Assembly: GCF_000143415.4 (NCBI RefSeq)
Contig: NW_003314400.1
Coordinates: forward strand, 186,001-250,000
Source of the DNA: Selaginella moellendorffii
Lineage: Eukaryota; Plantae; Lycopodiophyta
DNA: 64,000 nt
Direction: 5' to 3'
Shown here: piece after piece, positions 62,289-64,000 of the stretch
Layout of the letters: each line of letters begins with the position of its first letter
How positions within the stretch are numbered: the stretch's first letter is position 1
Notes under the pieces: model-generated
Database searches by the model: none
Told to the model about the DNA's origin: nothing
The model's input: only the letters and a program-made list of their open reading frames with translations
Program-made: the position numbers and the translations under genes

Positions 62289-62724
62289 TTCCCACCACGC
62301 AAGAACTACCCTAACCTTAATCTCTGATTACGACCCCTTACGGCTCTCATAGGAGGAGCCTGGCAAATATAATATGGGCCTATGCGAGAGCAGAGAATAG
62401 GCAATTGGCGAACTGGGGGGTGATCTTCTTGGGTGGTCAGGACGGATTCACCTTTTTGTACCCGTATCTAACATTAGGGGACGAGTGGAAGTTCCGACCC
62501 GTGCATGAATAGCTAAAGTACTCGCTGAAGAAGTAGATGGACAACTTCATCAACGGGGTGAAGAACAACACCAAAGGCTGGTACAAAATGCTACACTACA
62601 CCAGCGATCAGGACTCGAATAGTTCAGTGGACGAAGAAGAAGAGGAGCCGGAGTGGATGCTCCAGGACTGTTCCAAGTCGCTCTGTGCTCCAGCAGGAAG
62701 ACGGGGCCGATGTTGACCCCAAAA

Positions 62725-64000
62725 GGAGAGCCATGCCAGATCAGCCGGTAGGTGGTAACCCACCACCACAGTACAAAGGCAGTGTACATCGAGGAGTAAC
62801 CGGCGATTATGGTGAGCCAGTACGGCCAGGGCCATACTCCGACTTTGGGACGACCTGGGTGGAATGCCTGACGCATCAAATGCCAAGGACGCAATACCAT
62901 CAGGGTTCGCAAGGAAATAACCACCACGGCGGAGCGCGGCAGAGCAGTAGCAACACCAAGAACCACTCCACCTAGGTACCAGGTTTTTGCAACCGCACCT
63001 TCAGCATTGCGCATCGAAGAGCTTCATCAGGAGGCGGAGGTAGCATACAAATCACCAGCAGAAGAAATGCTGGAGGCTCAAGGGGAAGGCGCACCACCTC
63101 CTGTCAGGGAAGGAGTTCCACCCAGTCTGGCCACTACACGAAGAGCAGAGATAAGTCAAGGGGTACCCAAGGTAAACTTCCATCTCCACTCCTCAGTAGC
63201 GCCAACAACGTTCTGCTCTTCCATCGGGGGCCCTCTCCGGCGAACGCTCTCTGGAGCGCTTATGTCCTCCCTCCGGATGACGTTGCCCTTTGGGGCGATC
63301 AACCTCCATTGGTCGGCTTCCGTTGATGTGCTCCTGGATAGGCACCGGTGTGTTCCTCTCCAGTGCCGGTGTTCTCCCCATGTCCGGTGCTGTTGCTGCT
63401 GCTGCAGATTCCGCTACCGGGGCTGTCGCTGCTGCTAGTGCGGTTGCGGCAGTCGTCGTTGTTGGCGCTACTAAGGAGTGGCGGTGAAAGTTTATCTTGG
63501 GGGCGCTTACAGGTCGCTTCCCCCGGCTTATCTCCGCTCTTCGTGTAGTGGCCGGACTGGGTGGAACACCTTCCTCGGCTGGAGGTGGTGCGCCTCCCTC
63601 CACTTCCCCTGGAGCCTCCGGCGTTTCTTCTGCTGGTGATCCTCCTGCTGCCTCCGCCTCCTGATGAAGCTCTTCGATGCGCACTGCTGAAGGTGCGGTG
63701 GCAAGAACTTGGTACCCGGGTGGAGTGGTTCTTGGTGTTGCTACCGCTCTGCCGCGCTCCGCCGTGGTGGTTATCTCTTTGCGAAACCTGATGGTATTTG
63801 TAGGCCGTGGTTGTGTCCCTGGCATTTCTCCTTCTTGATGCGTCAGCTGACGCTGGCGTTCCGCCCGGGTCGTCCCAAAGTCGGAGTATACTGGCTGCCC
63901 ATAACCGCCAACTTCGGTTACTCCTCGATGGGTAATTCGTGACGCCGCCTCCATACTGTGGTGGTGGGTTACCATCTACCGGCTGATCTGGCATACCTCT
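62725..64000. repeat. Diverged fold-back inverted duplication of a low-complexity ORF (possibly retroelement ORF1/gag-like)
   Basis: 62725-63210 (+) matches the reverse complement of ~63455-64000 (RIEELHQEAE, TTRRAEIS on both strands). Confidence 0.75.

Overview
Eukaryotic plant genomic DNA. The ~50-60 bp GT-AG introns, moderate GC and many PLS-class PPRs best fit a lycophyte such as Selaginella (inference). All family assignments come from motif recognition by eye, without database searches. The first ~20 kb holds gene fragments (SET/LSMT-like, PPR, PSAT1, CYP, SAPS), LINE remnants and a degenerate repeat cluster. It also holds four apparently intact intronless ORFs: a divergent Dof zinc finger, an ATPase_2/STAND-like P-loop NTPase with a probable organelle presequence, a Cys-headed SP4 extensin and a PLS-E PPR. 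About 20.3-57.3 kb is a patchwork of roughly a dozen modules (PLS-PPR, P-PPR, PSAT1, MED16/SFR6, a small CaaX gene) copied 2-6 times in both orientations. These copies form three interlocking multi-kb inverted-repeat pairs. Inside this patchwork is an AT-rich intronless gene for a 313-aa protein made of two tandem retropepsin (Ty3/gypsy-type aspartic protease) domains with DVG and DNG motifs, with no gag, RT or integrase nearby. It has two intact copies, one frameshifted copy and one deleted copy, and one intact copy lies in the loop of an 8.3-kb quasi-palindrome. This is the best candidate for an undescribed system. The last 7 kb has xylose isomerase and SNF2 fragments, an open BSD-SNF2 chimeric frame, a tRNA-Leu relic lacking its anticodon arm, a Uma2-like nuclease pseudogene and a fold-back of a low-complexity ORF.
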